Shown in pieces: positions 27,312 through 37,969 of a DNA stretch of 64,000 nt. Location of the stretch: positions 46,368-110,367 of the IMG/VR virus record IMGVR_UViG_3300044614_002617; one strand, 5' to 3'. Below the pieces are notes generated by a model, which ran no database searches, was not told the DNA's origin, and was given only the letters and a program-made list of their open reading frames with translations. Both the position numbers and the translations under genes were made by a program. Source of the DNA: a virus. How positions within the stretch are numbered: the first letter of the stretch is position 1; the number at the start of each line of letters is the position of its first letter.

Positions 27312-28190
27312 ATGGCTAACAATGACTTTGTAACCGAAGAAAGTGTTAGGCAGCTGATTAATGAACTAATAGCCATTGAGTCTGCAGCCAGAGAAGCCCA
27401 AATTAATCAAGAAGCCGTTACGAGAGAGATAAACGACGACGCTCTTGACCAACGGATTACTCAAGAAGTTGCAGAAAGACAGGAGCAGCTAAGATCGCTG
27501 CAAAACTCTGTAAACCAATCAATTACAAGGATTGATGGAAACGTCGCTCAGCTACAGGCACTGTTTAATCAAAGATATGACAAAACGACTCAACTTATCT
27601 CTAACCTTAACGCTTCTTTTGAGACAAAAATAGCTCTTCTAGACGGATTAATTGAAACAGTTAATTCCAATAAAGCAAAGCTAGATATTATCCTAGGAAA
27701 CGAAACGGTTGCGGGCTCTATCGCGAAGACACTGTTTGATGCCAAAGCGTATACAGACAGCAAGGTTCAAGAGGTACTGGGGGGCGCGCCAGAGCTTTTA
27801 GATACTCTTAAAGAGCTAGCAGATTCGTTGGGAAACGATTCAAACTTTATTACGACTGTAAATAACTCAATACAGGAACTCAGGAACACATCTGCGTCTA
27901 ACAAACAAGATATTTTAAATCTACTGTCTCAAGACCTTATTAAGAAAAAAGTAATACCTATCACTCAAGCGCATATTCAGCAAGGATATGTGGAACTAGA
28001 CGATATTGAAATTGTTCCCGATTCGATCGTTGCTTTTATTAATCGTCTTGGTTTGTTTGAAGGCGAGGACTTCTCTGTATCAGAAGTCGGAAGCAAAACA
28101 AGATTTATCTTTCAAAACAACTTACTGCAAAACGCTTATGAAGAGTTAGAGGCAGGCGATGTTTTGAGGGTAAAATATTGGACTTTGTAA
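27312..28190 (+). CDS. Coiled-coil fibre protein 1
   Basis: E...R repeats, APELLDTLKELAD motif, C-terminal domain shared with the next two genes. Confidence 0.75.
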   Translation: MANNDFVTEESVRQLINELIAIESAAREAQINQEAVTREINDDALDQRITQEVAERQEQLRSLQNSVNQSITRIDGNVAQLQALFNQRYDKTTQLISNLNASFETKIALLDGLIETVNSNKAKLDIILGNETVAGSIAKTLFDAKAYTDSKVQEVLGGAPELLDTLKELADSLGNDSNFITTVNNSIQELRNTSASNKQDILNLLSQDLIKKKVIPITQAHIQQGYVELDDIEIVPDSIVAFINRLGLFEGEDFSVSEVGSKTRFIFQNNLLQNAYEELEAGDVLRVKYWTL

Positions 28191-28241
28191 TTTTTCTTTG
28201 TTAAATAAGGACTATACCGTTTAAACAAAGGAGAAGAGTAG

Positions 28242-31200
28242 ATGACGGTCAACTTAAGAATTAAGAAAAAGAACATTGACGATAATGCGATTGACGGTAC
28301 AAAAATTCAACTTCTTCAAAATGAATCGGTAAAAGCCGTTGACTCTTCTGGACAAGTCGTTGACCTTGTTAAGTTAGATGCAAACGGAAATGTTTTAGGT
28401 AACGGCCACGAATTGGCTAAAAAAGCAGATCTTATTCAAGAAGCTTCTAGTCGGGTTGCAGGCGACAACTCCTTGGATGCTCGTCTAGATATTCTTGAAG
28501 GCGACGCACAGACAGTCGGTTCCGTTCAAAAAGCTCTTAAAGACGGAAAAGACTATACAGACGAGCAGCTACTAAACGAAAAAACCGCTCGCATTAATGC
28601 TGATAACGTATTGCAACAAAACATTGATACGGAAACTTTGGCCAGAATCGACGCAGACCGAGAAGAGCAGTCTGCTCGTATTGCTGCAGATAATCTAGAA
28701 AAGTCTCAAAGAGAAGCTGCAGATGTGGAGCTTCGAGGGCTGATTGATGATGAAGTTGCTGCAAGAATTTCGGGAGACTCTTCCTTAACCCAAAGACTAA
28801 ACTCTTTGGAAGCCGATGAAAACACAGACGGATCTCTCTTAAAAATTTTTAAAGATGCCAAAACATATACAGACACAAAAGTAAACATTGAAATCACCTC
28901 CAGAAGGGCTGCCGACAACTCTCTCGATGCTCGTCTAGATGTTGTTCAGGGAGATAGTGGCACTCCGGGCTCTATTGCTAAGGCGCAGTGGGATGCCGAA
29001 AGATACGCTGACAGCGAAGTTGCTGCCGAAAGGGCACTTCGTGAAGACGGAGACTCCGACCTATACTCTAAAATTGAACTCGAAGTGACAAGCTTGTATG
29101 CAGCCATAAATTCAGCGCAGCACAGTTTGGGCACACGAATCACAGATGAGACAAATCAAAGAGTCAACGGAGACAACTCCCTTGATGCCCGCCTAGACGT
29201 AGTCCAAGGCGATGAAAATACTGCGGGTTCTATCTCTAAGGCTTTAAAAGATGCTAAGGCTTACACAGACCAAAAGGCTCTTGATGCCGACGCTAATCTA
29301 ATTAACGCAATTAACACCGAAACAACGCTGCGTATTGCTTCAGATAATTCTCTCGATGCTCGTCTAGACGTAGTTCAAGGCAATGAGAATACTGCGGGCT
29401 CTGTTCTTAAATCGCTTAAAGACGCTAAGGAATATACAGACGGTCAGGTTGCTGTTGAAAAAACAAGAGCAATGACCGCAGAAGCCAGCCTAAATACCAA
29501 GATTGAGTTCTTTAAAGACAACGCAGATCCGGCGGCAATCGACTCCCTTAAGGAAATTGTAACTGCATTCCAAGCTGCGGACAATAACCTTAATAATGCT
29601 ATTAGTAATATCTCTGTAAACGTAACTGCTGAACTTAATGCAGAAATTACTTCTAGAAGGGCTGCCGACACCAGTCTGGACTCTAAGATTACGGCCACCG
29701 TTTCTGTAGAAGCTTCAATTAGAGCTTTGTCTGATACTAATTTAGGCTCTCGAATCGACACCGAAATAACTAATCGCACAAATGGCGACAATAGTTTGGG
29801 CACACGAATTACGGACGAAACAAACCAAAGAGTCGCTGGAGATAATTCCCTAACTACACGTCTAAATGTAGTTCAAGGCGATGAAAATACTGCGGGTTCT
29901 ATCTCTAAGGCTTTAAAAGACGCTAAAGCATACACAGACCAAAAGGCTCTCGACGCTGATGCCAACCTGCTTAATGCGATTAATGCAGAGGTTACCTCTA
30001 GGCAGGCTGCCGTTAGTTCGGAGGCTACATCTAGAGCCAACGGAGACAACTCTCTTGATGCGCGTCTAGATGTAGTTCAGGGAGATGGTACCCCGGGATC
30101 CATCTCTAAAGCTCAGTATGATGCTGAAAGGTACGCTGATCACGTTGTTGCTATCGAAAAAACAAGAGCTATTACTGCAGAAAATAGCCTCCACTATCGT
30201 TTAAATTTCTTTGAAGAAAACACAGATAGCGCTAAACTTGATTCTCTAAAAGAAATTGTAGACGCTTTCCAGTCTGCAGACGGTAACCTTAATAATGCCA
30301 TTAGCAATATTTCCGTAAACGTAACTGCTGAACTTAATGCAGAAATCACCTCCAGAAGGGCTGCCGAGTCATCCCTCGACGAAAGATTGGACATTGTTCA
30401 AGGAGATAGTGGCACTCCGGGCTCTATTGCTAAGGCGCAGTGGGATGCCGAAAGATACGCTGACAGCGAAGTTGCCCATGAGCGCATCAGGGCAGAAACC
30501 GCCGAGGCGTCACTAAGAAATGCGGTCAATGACGAAGCCAGCGCTAGGCTATCGGGAGACGCGGATTTAAGTTCTAGAATCAGCGTACTTGAAGGCGATT
30601 ATCTAACTACCGGCTCTATTGCCAATATGTTGGCTCAAGCAAAAGAGTATACAGATCAAGAGATTGACAAAGAAGAGTCGGCTCGAATCGCTGATGTTAA
30701 TGCGGAAGAGTCTGCACGTATTCAAGCAATTAATACAGAAGCGACTGCCCGAGCGGACGGCGATGATCAGTTGGCTAGTCTTATTCAGGCTGAAACGAAT
30801 AACCGTGTGTCAGCTATTAATACTGAAAGAAATTCAAGAACTTCTGCCGTCAACCAACTTAATAGTAAAATTGACACAGAGACAAACAGTCGTCAAACAG
30901 CTGTAATTAGTCTTGAAAATGCTTTGGAAGACGAAACGACTTATCGCATTGAAAGCGATTCTGAGTTGCAAAGTCAAATAGACGATCTTTTAACCCGAGT
31001 AGGGGCGGTCGAAATTACGGCTGCTGAGGGTGGCTCTACTTTTGATTTGCAAGAAAAAACAGAAAGAATTGCGGCTGACTCTTCGTTAGAGGCGGCGATT
31101 TCTGCCGAAGTTACCTCAAGGCAACAGGCAATCGCTGATTTGGTTGGCGCGGCGCCGGCTCTTTTAGACACCCTAAAAGAATTGTCCGATGCTTTGGGTC

Positions 31201-31598
31201 AAGACGCTAACTTTGCAACAACTATTACAAATAGATTTAACGCAATTGAATCTAGCTTAACTATCGCCACTCAGGATGGAGTAATATATACAAATCAAAA
31301 ACATGAAGAAATACTAAGTCTTATTTCTAACACGTTGTTAAAGCAAGAATCTTTTGTTCTTGATGAAGAAGATGTTGCAAACGGGTATGTAGAGTGGCCA
31401 GAAACTGGAATTATCTTAAGATCCATTAATGCGTTTGCCGACCGTTTGTGTATTTTTGAAGGAACTGACTATTCCCTAACTGTAACGAATGGCATAGCTC
31501 GGCTTACATTCTTAAATAGTCTTACTGGCAACGGAGCAGAAGCGGTAGAGGAGGGTGATTCAATCAGGATCACTTATTGGAAAACTCCAACTACTTAA
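28242..31598 (+). CDS. Coiled-coil fibre protein 2 (1118 aa, repetitive)
   Basis: E..R..GDNSLDARLDVVQGD repeats; APALLDTLKELSD; shared C-terminal domain. Confidence 0.8.
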   Translation: MTVNLRIKKKNIDDNAIDGTKIQLLQNESVKAVDSSGQVVDLVKLDANGNVLGNGHELAKKADLIQEASSRVAGDNSLDARLDILEGDAQTVGSVQKALKDGKDYTDEQLLNEKTARINADNVLQQNIDTETLARIDADREEQSARIAADNLEKSQREAADVELRGLIDDEVAARISGDSSLTQRLNSLEADENTDGSLLKIFKDAKTYTDTKVNIEITSRRAADNSLDARLDVVQGDSGTPGSIAKAQWDAERYADSEVAAERALREDGDSDLYSKIELEVTSLYAAINSAQHSLGTRITDETNQRVNGDNSLDARLDVVQGDENTAGSISKALKDAKAYTDQKALDADANLINAINTETTLRIASDNSLDARLDVVQGNENTAGSVLKSLKDAKEYTDGQVAVEKTRAMTAEASLNTKIEFFKDNADPAAIDSLKEIVTAFQAADNNLNNAISNISVNVTAELNAEITSRRAADTSLDSKITATVSVEASIRALSDTNLGSRIDTEITNRTNGDNSLGTRITDETNQRVAGDNSLTTRLNVVQGDENTAGSISKALKDAKAYTDQKALDADANLLNAINAEVTSRQAAVSSEATSRANGDNSLDARLDVVQGDGTPGSISKAQYDAERYADHVVAIEKTRAITAENSLHYRLNFFEENTDSAKLDSLKEIVDAFQSADGNLNNAISNISVNVTAELNAEITSRRAAESSLDERLDIVQGDSGTPGSIAKAQWDAERYADSEVAHERIRAETAEASLRNAVNDEASARLSGDADLSSRISVLEGDYLTTGSIANMLAQAKEYTDQEIDKEESARIADVNAEESARIQAINTEATARADGDDQLASLIQAETNNRVSAINTERNSRTSAVNQLNSKIDTETNSRQTAVISLENALEDETTYRIESDSELQSQIDDLLTRVGAVEITAAEGGSTFDLQEKTERIAADSSLEAAISAEVTSRQQAIADLVGAAPALLDTLKELSDALGQDANFATTITNRFNAIESSLTIATQDGVIYTNQKHEEILSLISNTLLKQESFVLDEEDVANGYVEWPETGIILRSINAFADRLCIFEGTDYSLTVTNGIARLTFLNSLTGNGAEAVEEGDSIRITYWKTPTT

Positions 31599-31627
31599 GT
31601 TTATTATATAAATTCCATACCCCCATG

Positions 31628-31660
31628 GAGTCAGCCTGCTATAGGCTGACTCTTTTTTTT
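31628..31660 (+). terminator. Intrinsic terminator
   Basis: GAGTCAGCCT-gctat-AGGCTGACTC followed by T8. Confidence 0.9.
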
Positions 31661-31782
31661 AATATATTGTTATTGTTAGTTTTTTTAAAAAAGATATTAA
31701 AAAATAAGAAAAAAAACAAAATTGATATTTTCTGATAAAATTATATTGCATTTTATTAACAGCCAAAAAGGAGAGGCAAGGA

Positions 31783-33741
31783 ATGAGTAACTTACGTATT
31801 AAAAAGAAACACATTGACGCTAAGGCAATTGACGGCTCAAAAATTGAACTATTAGCCGACGAGGCCCTTAAAGCGATTTCCAACGGTGTTGCCGTTGATC
31901 TTATTAAAATTGACAGCGCTGGTATTGTTTCGGCAAAAGGGCTACCAATTGCCTACTCTTCAGAAGTTTCTTCTGAAGCTTCCGTTCGTCTTGCTAAAGA
32001 CGAAAGCCTTGAAACACGTATTTCTGGCGAAGCTTCTACTCGAGTTGCCAAGGTAGATAGTCTAGATTCACGTGTATCTTCAGAGTCTTCTACTCGTCTT
32101 GCTAAAGACAACAGCCTAGAAACTCGTATTTCTTCAGAAGAATCAGTTCGTCTTGCTAAAGATGGCAGCCTAGATTCACGTGTATCTGCCGAAGAGTCTG
32201 CCCGAGCTGCTGCTGATACAAGCCTAACTACTCGTATTTCTTCAGAAGAGTCTGTTCGTCTTGCTAAAGACAATAGCCTAGAGTCACGTCTTTCTTCGGA
32301 AGAAGCCGCTCGTCTTGCAGCAGACAATAGCTTAGTAAACCGCTTGTCGATGGAAACAGTTGAAGGTGTTTCGACTGAAGCTTCTATTCGTCTTATTAAA
32401 GACACTAGTCTTGAAACACGTCTTTCTACTGAAGAAGCTGCTCGTACATCTGCAGATTCTATTCTTGCCACAGCAATGCAGTCAGTAGTAGAAGCGGAAG
32501 CTTCTGTTCGTCTTGCTAAAGATGGCAGCCTTGAAGCTAAACTTTCTGGAGATATGTCTACAGAAGTTTCTTCAAGAGTTTCTGGCGACGTAAGTGTCCT
32601 TGCTGCTGCAAAAGCATACGTTGACGATGTTGTTGGTGTCGATTCAGCTTCTGTAGCTAACTTCCTCAATCTAGCTGCCGCAATGGAAGATAATGATCCT
32701 GCAACTGGAATTGTCAACTCTTTGGCCGCAGAGGCTTCTGCCCGCGCTGCCGCAGACACAAGCCTAGCTACTCGTATTTCTTCAGAAGAATCTGTTCGTC
32801 TTGCTAAAGATGGCAGCCTTGAAGCTAAACTTTCTGGAGATATGTCTACAGAAGTTTCCATCCGTGCTGCTGCTGATACAAGTCTAGAATCACGCATCTC
32901 TTCAGAAGAATCTGTTCGTCTTGCTAAAGATGGCAGCCTTGAAGCTAAACTTTCTGGAGATATGTCTACAGAAGTTTCCATCCGTGCTGCTGCTGACACA
33001 AGCCTAGAATCACGAGTATCTAACGAAGAATCAGCCCGCGCTTCTGCGGTTAGCTCAGAGGCTTCTGTTCGTGCTGCTGCCGATTCAAGCTTGGCAAGCC
33101 GTCTTGATAACATTGAGACAGCCGGCACAACCAACGCTTCGTCACTCGGTGGAGGTATTTCAACAGAAGCATCCATTCGTGCCGCCGCTGATACAAGCCT
33201 TGAAACACGCATCTCTTCGGAAGCGTCCGCTCGCGCTGCTGCAGTTAGCTCAGAAGTTTCTTCTAGAGTTTCTGGCGACGCAAGTGTCCTTGCTGCCGCA
33301 AAGGCATATGTTGATGATGTTGTTGGCGTTGACTCAGCTTCTGTAGCTAACTTTCTCAGTTTAGCTGCCGCAATGGAAGATAATGATCCTGCAACTGGAA
33401 TCATTGACTCCTTGGCTGCTGAGGCTTCTTCTCGCGTTGCTGCTGATTCAAGCCTAGCAACAAGCATTTCCGACCTTGCTGCAAAACACCACAAAGAGAG
33501 CAAAGCTCTTGCTGCCGGTGATATCTCAAACGGCTATATTGACTTTGCTTTTGAAGCGAAGGCTGGATCGGTCGTTGCAGCTGTGGGTCGTCTCATGATT
33601 CACGAAGGTGAAGATTATGATCTCAGCGTAGTTGCTGGTAAAACCCGCCTTACATTTAAGGCCGGTGGACCTTTGGCTTCTAACGGAGCTGAAGCCGTTA
33701 TTGCGGGAGATGTTATTTACGTTAAGTATATGAAGGCTTAA
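31783..33741 (+). CDS. Coiled-coil fibre protein 3
   Basis: SSEESVRLAKDxSLExR repeats; N-terminus LRIKKK.ID..AIDG.KI shared with 28242. Confidence 0.8.
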   Translation: MSNLRIKKKHIDAKAIDGSKIELLADEALKAISNGVAVDLIKIDSAGIVSAKGLPIAYSSEVSSEASVRLAKDESLETRISGEASTRVAKVDSLDSRVSSESSTRLAKDNSLETRISSEESVRLAKDGSLDSRVSAEESARAAADTSLTTRISSEESVRLAKDNSLESRLSSEEAARLAADNSLVNRLSMETVEGVSTEASIRLIKDTSLETRLSTEEAARTSADSILATAMQSVVEAEASVRLAKDGSLEAKLSGDMSTEVSSRVSGDVSVLAAAKAYVDDVVGVDSASVANFLNLAAAMEDNDPATGIVNSLAAEASARAAADTSLATRISSEESVRLAKDGSLEAKLSGDMSTEVSIRAAADTSLESRISSEESVRLAKDGSLEAKLSGDMSTEVSIRAAADTSLESRVSNEESARASAVSSEASVRAAADSSLASRLDNIETAGTTNASSLGGGISTEASIRAAADTSLETRISSEASARAAAVSSEVSSRVSGDASVLAAAKAYVDDVVGVDSASVANFLSLAAAMEDNDPATGIIDSLAAEASSRVAADSSLATSISDLAAKHHKESKALAAGDISNGYIDFAFEAKAGSVVAAVGRLMIHEGEDYDLSVVAGKTRLTFKAGGPLASNGAEAVIAGDVIYVKYMKA

Positions 33742-33753
33742 TAAGATAAGCTA

Positions 33754-33779
33754 AGAAGAGGGGGATAACCCCCTCTTCT
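33754..33779 (+). terminator. Hairpin / probable terminator
   Basis: AGAAGAGGGGG-ataa-CCCCCTCTTCT; no clear T tail. Confidence 0.6.
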
Positions 33780-33817
33780 CTAAATAAACATATATATAAA
33801 AAAAGGAAAAAATAAGT

Positions 33818-35569
33818 ATGCCAACATTACAGTTATCAAATCCAAATGGCGGTACGTGGACGGCCGGCCCTAATGCCAGTACTAGCAGAAGTATACCTTC
33901 AGCGTGCGGAACCGCAAGTGCGGCTTTAGTTTTTGGAGGCGTTTCCAATCAACAAGCGCAAATATTTAATGGATCTGCATGGTCTACGGACTCAGGATTA
34001 GCAAGCTATGGTACAGGAGCAATGTACGCCGGTGCAGGTTCCCTTAACGCCGCCCTATTTTGGGGTCAAAATGATACCGGCAATCAGGCTTCATCTTTTC
34101 AAAACATCAAACGCACGGGATCGACTTGGAGCGTTTCTACTTCTGGAACATTGAGCTATAAGGGGATGGCGGGATGCGGTTTGCAAAATGCTGCACTTTC
34201 AGTCGGCGGAACCACAGCTAGCTGGAACATAAGTAACAACACCTCAACTTTTAATGGTAGTACTTGGAGCACTCTTGGTGGGGTTAGCTTTTTTTCGCCC
34301 GCTAATAATAACAGAGGCTCAGGTTTCGGAAACACGGCGGTTACCGGAGCTACCAATGCTGCTTTGTTGTGCGGCGGAGATAGACAAAATACCACTCCTA
34401 CCAATGTTTGTGAAAAATTTAATGGCAGCACCTGGAGCACCACTGGATCGCTCAATACTGCTCGAAGTCAAGTTGCATCCAGAGGAACCGAAAGTTCCGC
34501 TATGGTTTTTGGTGGGGCGGGAAGCTCTTCTGCACTTAGCTCTTCTGAAGTTTTCAACGGCTCTACATGGGCTGTGGGACAGTCAATGACTAAAGCTAGA
34601 GCCTCGCATACTTCCGCCGGAAGCTCCTCCTCTTCAGCTGCCGCAATAGGGGAAGGCTATACGAACAACACCATAAGCATAGAAACATATGTGGGAGCGG
34701 GCGGAAATAATGCCGTTTCTCTTTCTGTGGCTGAAGGCGCTCTTGCTAATAGTACTATTGCTACCCTTTCTGCTTCAGAAGCAGGAATGGCGTTTACCAA
34801 GGTAGCGGGAGCTGGCGATACAGATAACGCTTCATTTAACATCTCAGGCAGCGATCTTATTACACTTGCAAATTTCGATTATGAAACAAAAGCTTCATAC
34901 TCTGTACGTGTTCGGGCATCTAACGGCTCAACAACGTATGAAAATGTTGTAACAATTGATGTTTCAAACGTAAACGAAGCTCCATCTAACATTACGCTTT
35001 CTGTGGCTTCTATTCAAGAGGGCAATGCTGTTAATGCTGTAATTGGTCAGCTTTCTGCAATTGACCCAGACACTGGAGACACCTCATTTACATTTAGCAT
35101 TTCTGGCGGAGCCGATGCGGCTAAGTTTAACATTAGCGGCAACGACCTTCGTGCTTCGCAAGCTTTTGATTACGAAGCTCCTGCCGACGCAAATGCCGAC
35201 AATGTGTATGTTATTCAAATTACTGCACAAGACGCCGGTGGTTTAACTTATGCCAAATCATTCAATATTAGCGTATCAAACAATGCGGCAGATGATTCTG
35301 TTGCAGTGTCCTCTTCGCAAGTTGTTAGCGGTACGGGCGGCAAGGTGGCGGCTAGTTCGGCTAATAACCCAACAACGATTCCTTTCTTGCTCAACGGCGC
35401 AGCTCTTCCAGTTGGTTCAGTTGTTCGTTGGACTGCCGGAAGTAATCAAAAGTTCTTAAAAATTGATGGCGGTGCCACTGCCTTTAAAGCGCTTCCGGTT
35501 TCGGCACCCGCCTCATGGGGCTGGAGCGAAGCAGGCGAAGCTGCTTGGGCTACATTGCAAAGCTTTTAA
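33818..35569 (+). CDS. Kelch-like propeller plus two cadherin-like domains
   Basis: GG...FNGSTWS repeats; FDYETK, NVNEAP, AIDPDTGD, FDYEAP.D...DNVY, AQDAGG. Confidence 0.8.
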   Translation: MPTLQLSNPNGGTWTAGPNASTSRSIPSACGTASAALVFGGVSNQQAQIFNGSAWSTDSGLASYGTGAMYAGAGSLNAALFWGQNDTGNQASSFQNIKRTGSTWSVSTSGTLSYKGMAGCGLQNAALSVGGTTASWNISNNTSTFNGSTWSTLGGVSFFSPANNNRGSGFGNTAVTGATNAALLCGGDRQNTTPTNVCEKFNGSTWSTTGSLNTARSQVASRGTESSAMVFGGAGSSSALSSSEVFNGSTWAVGQSMTKARASHTSAGSSSSSAAAIGEGYTNNTISIETYVGAGGNNAVSLSVAEGALANSTIATLSASEAGMAFTKVAGAGDTDNASFNISGSDLITLANFDYETKASYSVRVRASNGSTTYENVVTIDVSNVNEAPSNITLSVASIQEGNAVNAVIGQLSAIDPDTGDTSFTFSISGGADAAKFNISGNDLRASQAFDYEAPADANADNVYVIQITAQDAGGLTYAKSFNISVSNNAADDSVAVSSSQVVSGTGGKVAASSANNPTTIPFLLNGAALPVGSVVRWTAGSNQKFLKIDGGATAFKALPVSAPASWGWSEAGEAAWATLQSF

Positions 35570-35596
35570 TATTATCGAATAATTAATTAAACAATG

Positions 35597-35620
35597 CCCA
35601 CCCCAAAAGGGTGGGTTTTG
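35597..35620 (+). terminator. Intrinsic terminator
   Basis: CCCACCC-caaaa-GGGTGGG followed by TTTTG and a T run. Confidence 0.75.
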
Positions 35621-35669
35621 TTTTTTAATAGTAAAATGTTGCTGTAAGTCAACATAAAGAGAGAAATTC

Positions 35670-37901
35670 ATGAGCGGAAATACAACCACACCAATAGCAA
35701 TGTCTGGCTATATTACCCCTGCCTATACCTTTACTCCCGGTGTAGCCGGTGTGGGTACTATCAATCTCTCAGGGATTAATGGGTTTGACATCAAACGCCT
35801 CGTTGCAATTATCAATCAAACAGCCGGCGTGGTTATCTATTCATCCGCAAACTCTTCGTATAATTACACAAATGTAGTTGGAACTACAATAACACTCAAA
35901 GCCGACACAAGTGATCAAAATTCTACAGATATTTTGCAAGTTGTATACGACACAGGATATGTCGTTTTAGATCCAACCTTCCCAATCAATATTGACAGTG
36001 TTTATGTTTCTAATGAGGTCGAAGTTAAAAATGATGCAGGCAACCCTATTCCTGTTACAGGTGCTCTTACAGATGCCCAGCTTCGTGCAACCCCTGTTCC
36101 AGTATCTATTTCGTCTTCAATCGAACTAGAAGTTAAAAACGATTCTGGAAATCCTTTGCCCATCTCAGGTGCAGTTAGCGCAACACAATCAGGTACTTGG
36201 AACATCAATGACGTTTCAGGAACAATTAGCCTGCCCACCGGAGCAGCAACTGCCGCTAAGCAAGACAGTCAATCAACGCAACTAACAGCCATCAAAGCTG
36301 CAATTGATGCCTTGTCGATTAATGCTTCAGCTCCTCAAGATATCTTGGGAGTTGGCGTTATGGGGTCGAGAAACAATCAGGTTGAAATTAATTTTGAGAC
36401 AGCCCCCGGAAATACATTAATTACCGAAACTTTCACAGGCGGCGGTCTTGTAACAATTACGAATGGTCATTCTATTTATGCAACGGGAGCGGCGGCTACT
36501 GCCTCCGCAAAAGTAGTCACTGTTCAAAATGTTGTTTATCGCCCTGCGCATGAAATTTACAGCTATTTTACGGCTGCGTTCACTACGGGTGTTGCAAATA
36601 CTTTTCAGCGAATTGGTATTTTTAATGACACAAATGGTTTTTATATTGGATATGAAAATAATTTATTTGGAATTACTAAAAGAACTTCTGGGGCTAATAC
36701 ATTTGTTGCAAGAAGTTCGTGGAATGGTGACCCGCTGGATGGCAGCGGCACTTCTAGATTTACTCGCGGAGGCATTCCAGAGGCAATTAATCTAAACTAC
36801 AGCAATCTTTTTAGAATTAGATTCGCTTGGCTAGGGTCTGGTCCCGTTGTATTTGAAGTGTTTAGTCCAGATGGTTTTTGGGTTGCTTTTCATACATTTA
36901 GGATACCAAATAGCTCATATGACCCATCAATCGCAAATCCAGATTTACCACTGAGCTTGCATATTTCTAAAAATGCGGCAAACGGTACAAATATTGCTGT
37001 TGCCACAGCTTGTTGGGCAGGCGGAACGACATCGGACTACGTTAAGATTAGCGATACCTTAACAACCAATACATTGGCATCTTTGACTCGCTCTGTTATT
37101 ACAGGACAGACAACCGCAGGAGGCGGTGGGTTTGTTAATGTTAAAGTAAACCCATCGGGAGCACTAAACGTAGCGGCCACTCAAGACAGTGCGTGGAATA
37201 TTACTAATATTACAGGCACAGTCAGCCTACCTACAGGTGCAGCTACCTTAGCTGCACAAAATACCGGCAACGCAAGTCTAAGCAGTATTGACGGCAAAAC
37301 CCCTGTGTTGGGGCAAGCAGCAATGGCCGGTTCTACTCCGGTCGTTATTGCCTCCAATCAATCGAACGTGCCCGTTGCGGTTCAAGACACATGGAAGGCA
37401 ACTTATACAGCAGGTGCTACAAATTACACACCTTACGCAAATGCAACGGATATTTTGACAATTAGCGGCAGTGCAAATAAAGTCATCAGAATCTATAAAA
37501 TTCATATTTCTGCAATAGCAACAGGAAATAATACACATTATGATTTATTTTTAATTAAACGCTCTACAGCAAATACGGGCGGAACGCCAACAGCCATAAC
37601 GCCCGTTGCCCACGACTCTTTAAATCCAACACCTACAGCGGTTGTAACTCGATACGCAAGCTTGCCGACATTGGGCACAACGGTTGGAACAATTAATCAA
37701 AGTGATTTGTTTGCGAGCACAAACAGCAAAGGTGCCGACAACCCCGTACAGCCCGGAAATGTTTTGCAAATTAATTTTGGTACACACCACAATCTTCAGC
37801 CCCTTACATTAAGGGGTGCGAATGAAGTATTGGCTATTAATTTGGGCGGCATTACTGTTGCGGCTAACTTAGAAATCGATATTGAGTGGACGGAAGAATA
37901 A
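35670..37901 (+). CDS. Virion structural protein (fibre/spike-like) with central lectin-like beta-sandwich
   Basis: EVKND.GNP.P and GTxSLPTGAAT repeats; YRP...FQRIG.F...NGF...F.WLG.G domain; Thr/Ala-rich. Confidence 0.65.
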   Translation: MSGNTTTPIAMSGYITPAYTFTPGVAGVGTINLSGINGFDIKRLVAIINQTAGVVIYSSANSSYNYTNVVGTTITLKADTSDQNSTDILQVVYDTGYVVLDPTFPINIDSVYVSNEVEVKNDAGNPIPVTGALTDAQLRATPVPVSISSSIELEVKNDSGNPLPISGAVSATQSGTWNINDVSGTISLPTGAATAAKQDSQSTQLTAIKAAIDALSINASAPQDILGVGVMGSRNNQVEINFETAPGNTLITETFTGGGLVTITNGHSIYATGAAATASAKVVTVQNVVYRPAHEIYSYFTAAFTTGVANTFQRIGIFNDTNGFYIGYENNLFGITKRTSGANTFVARSSWNGDPLDGSGTSRFTRGGIPEAINLNYSNLFRIRFAWLGSGPVVFEVFSPDGFWVAFHTFRIPNSSYDPSIANPDLPLSLHISKNAANGTNIAVATACWAGGTTSDYVKISDTLTTNTLASLTRSVITGQTTAGGGGFVNVKVNPSGALNVAATQDSAWNITNITGTVSLPTGAATLAAQNTGNASLSSIDGKTPVLGQAAMAGSTPVVIASNQSNVPVAVQDTWKATYTAGATNYTPYANATDILTISGSANKVIRIYKIHISAIATGNNTHYDLFLIKRSTANTGGTPTAITPVAHDSLNPTPTAVVTRYASLPTLGTTVGTINQSDLFASTNSKGADNPVQPGNVLQINFGTHHNLQPLTLRGANEVLAINLGGITVAANLEIDIEWTEE

Positions 37902-37909
37902 CCTCTTAA

Positions 37910-37952
37910 TTGCCAAACATCCCAAAACGCGGTAAAATGCTAGATGTTTGGC
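37910..37952 (+). promoter_or_regulatory. sigma70-like promoter bracketed by a 10-bp inverted repeat
   Basis: TTGCCA-N17-TAAAAT; GCCAAACATC (37912) / GATGTTTGGC (37943). Confidence 0.55.
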
Positions 37953-37969
37953 GTCTTTAGGGAGTTATC

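Noticed and set aside
31660-31782. AT-rich spacer as ncRNA or replication origin
   Set aside because: Short, no iterons or stable structure; consistent with a terminator plus promoter.
31953-33503. 516-aa antisense ORF
   Set aside because: Shadow of the repetitive Ser/Ala-rich sense gene; it mirrors the same repeats and has no independent features.
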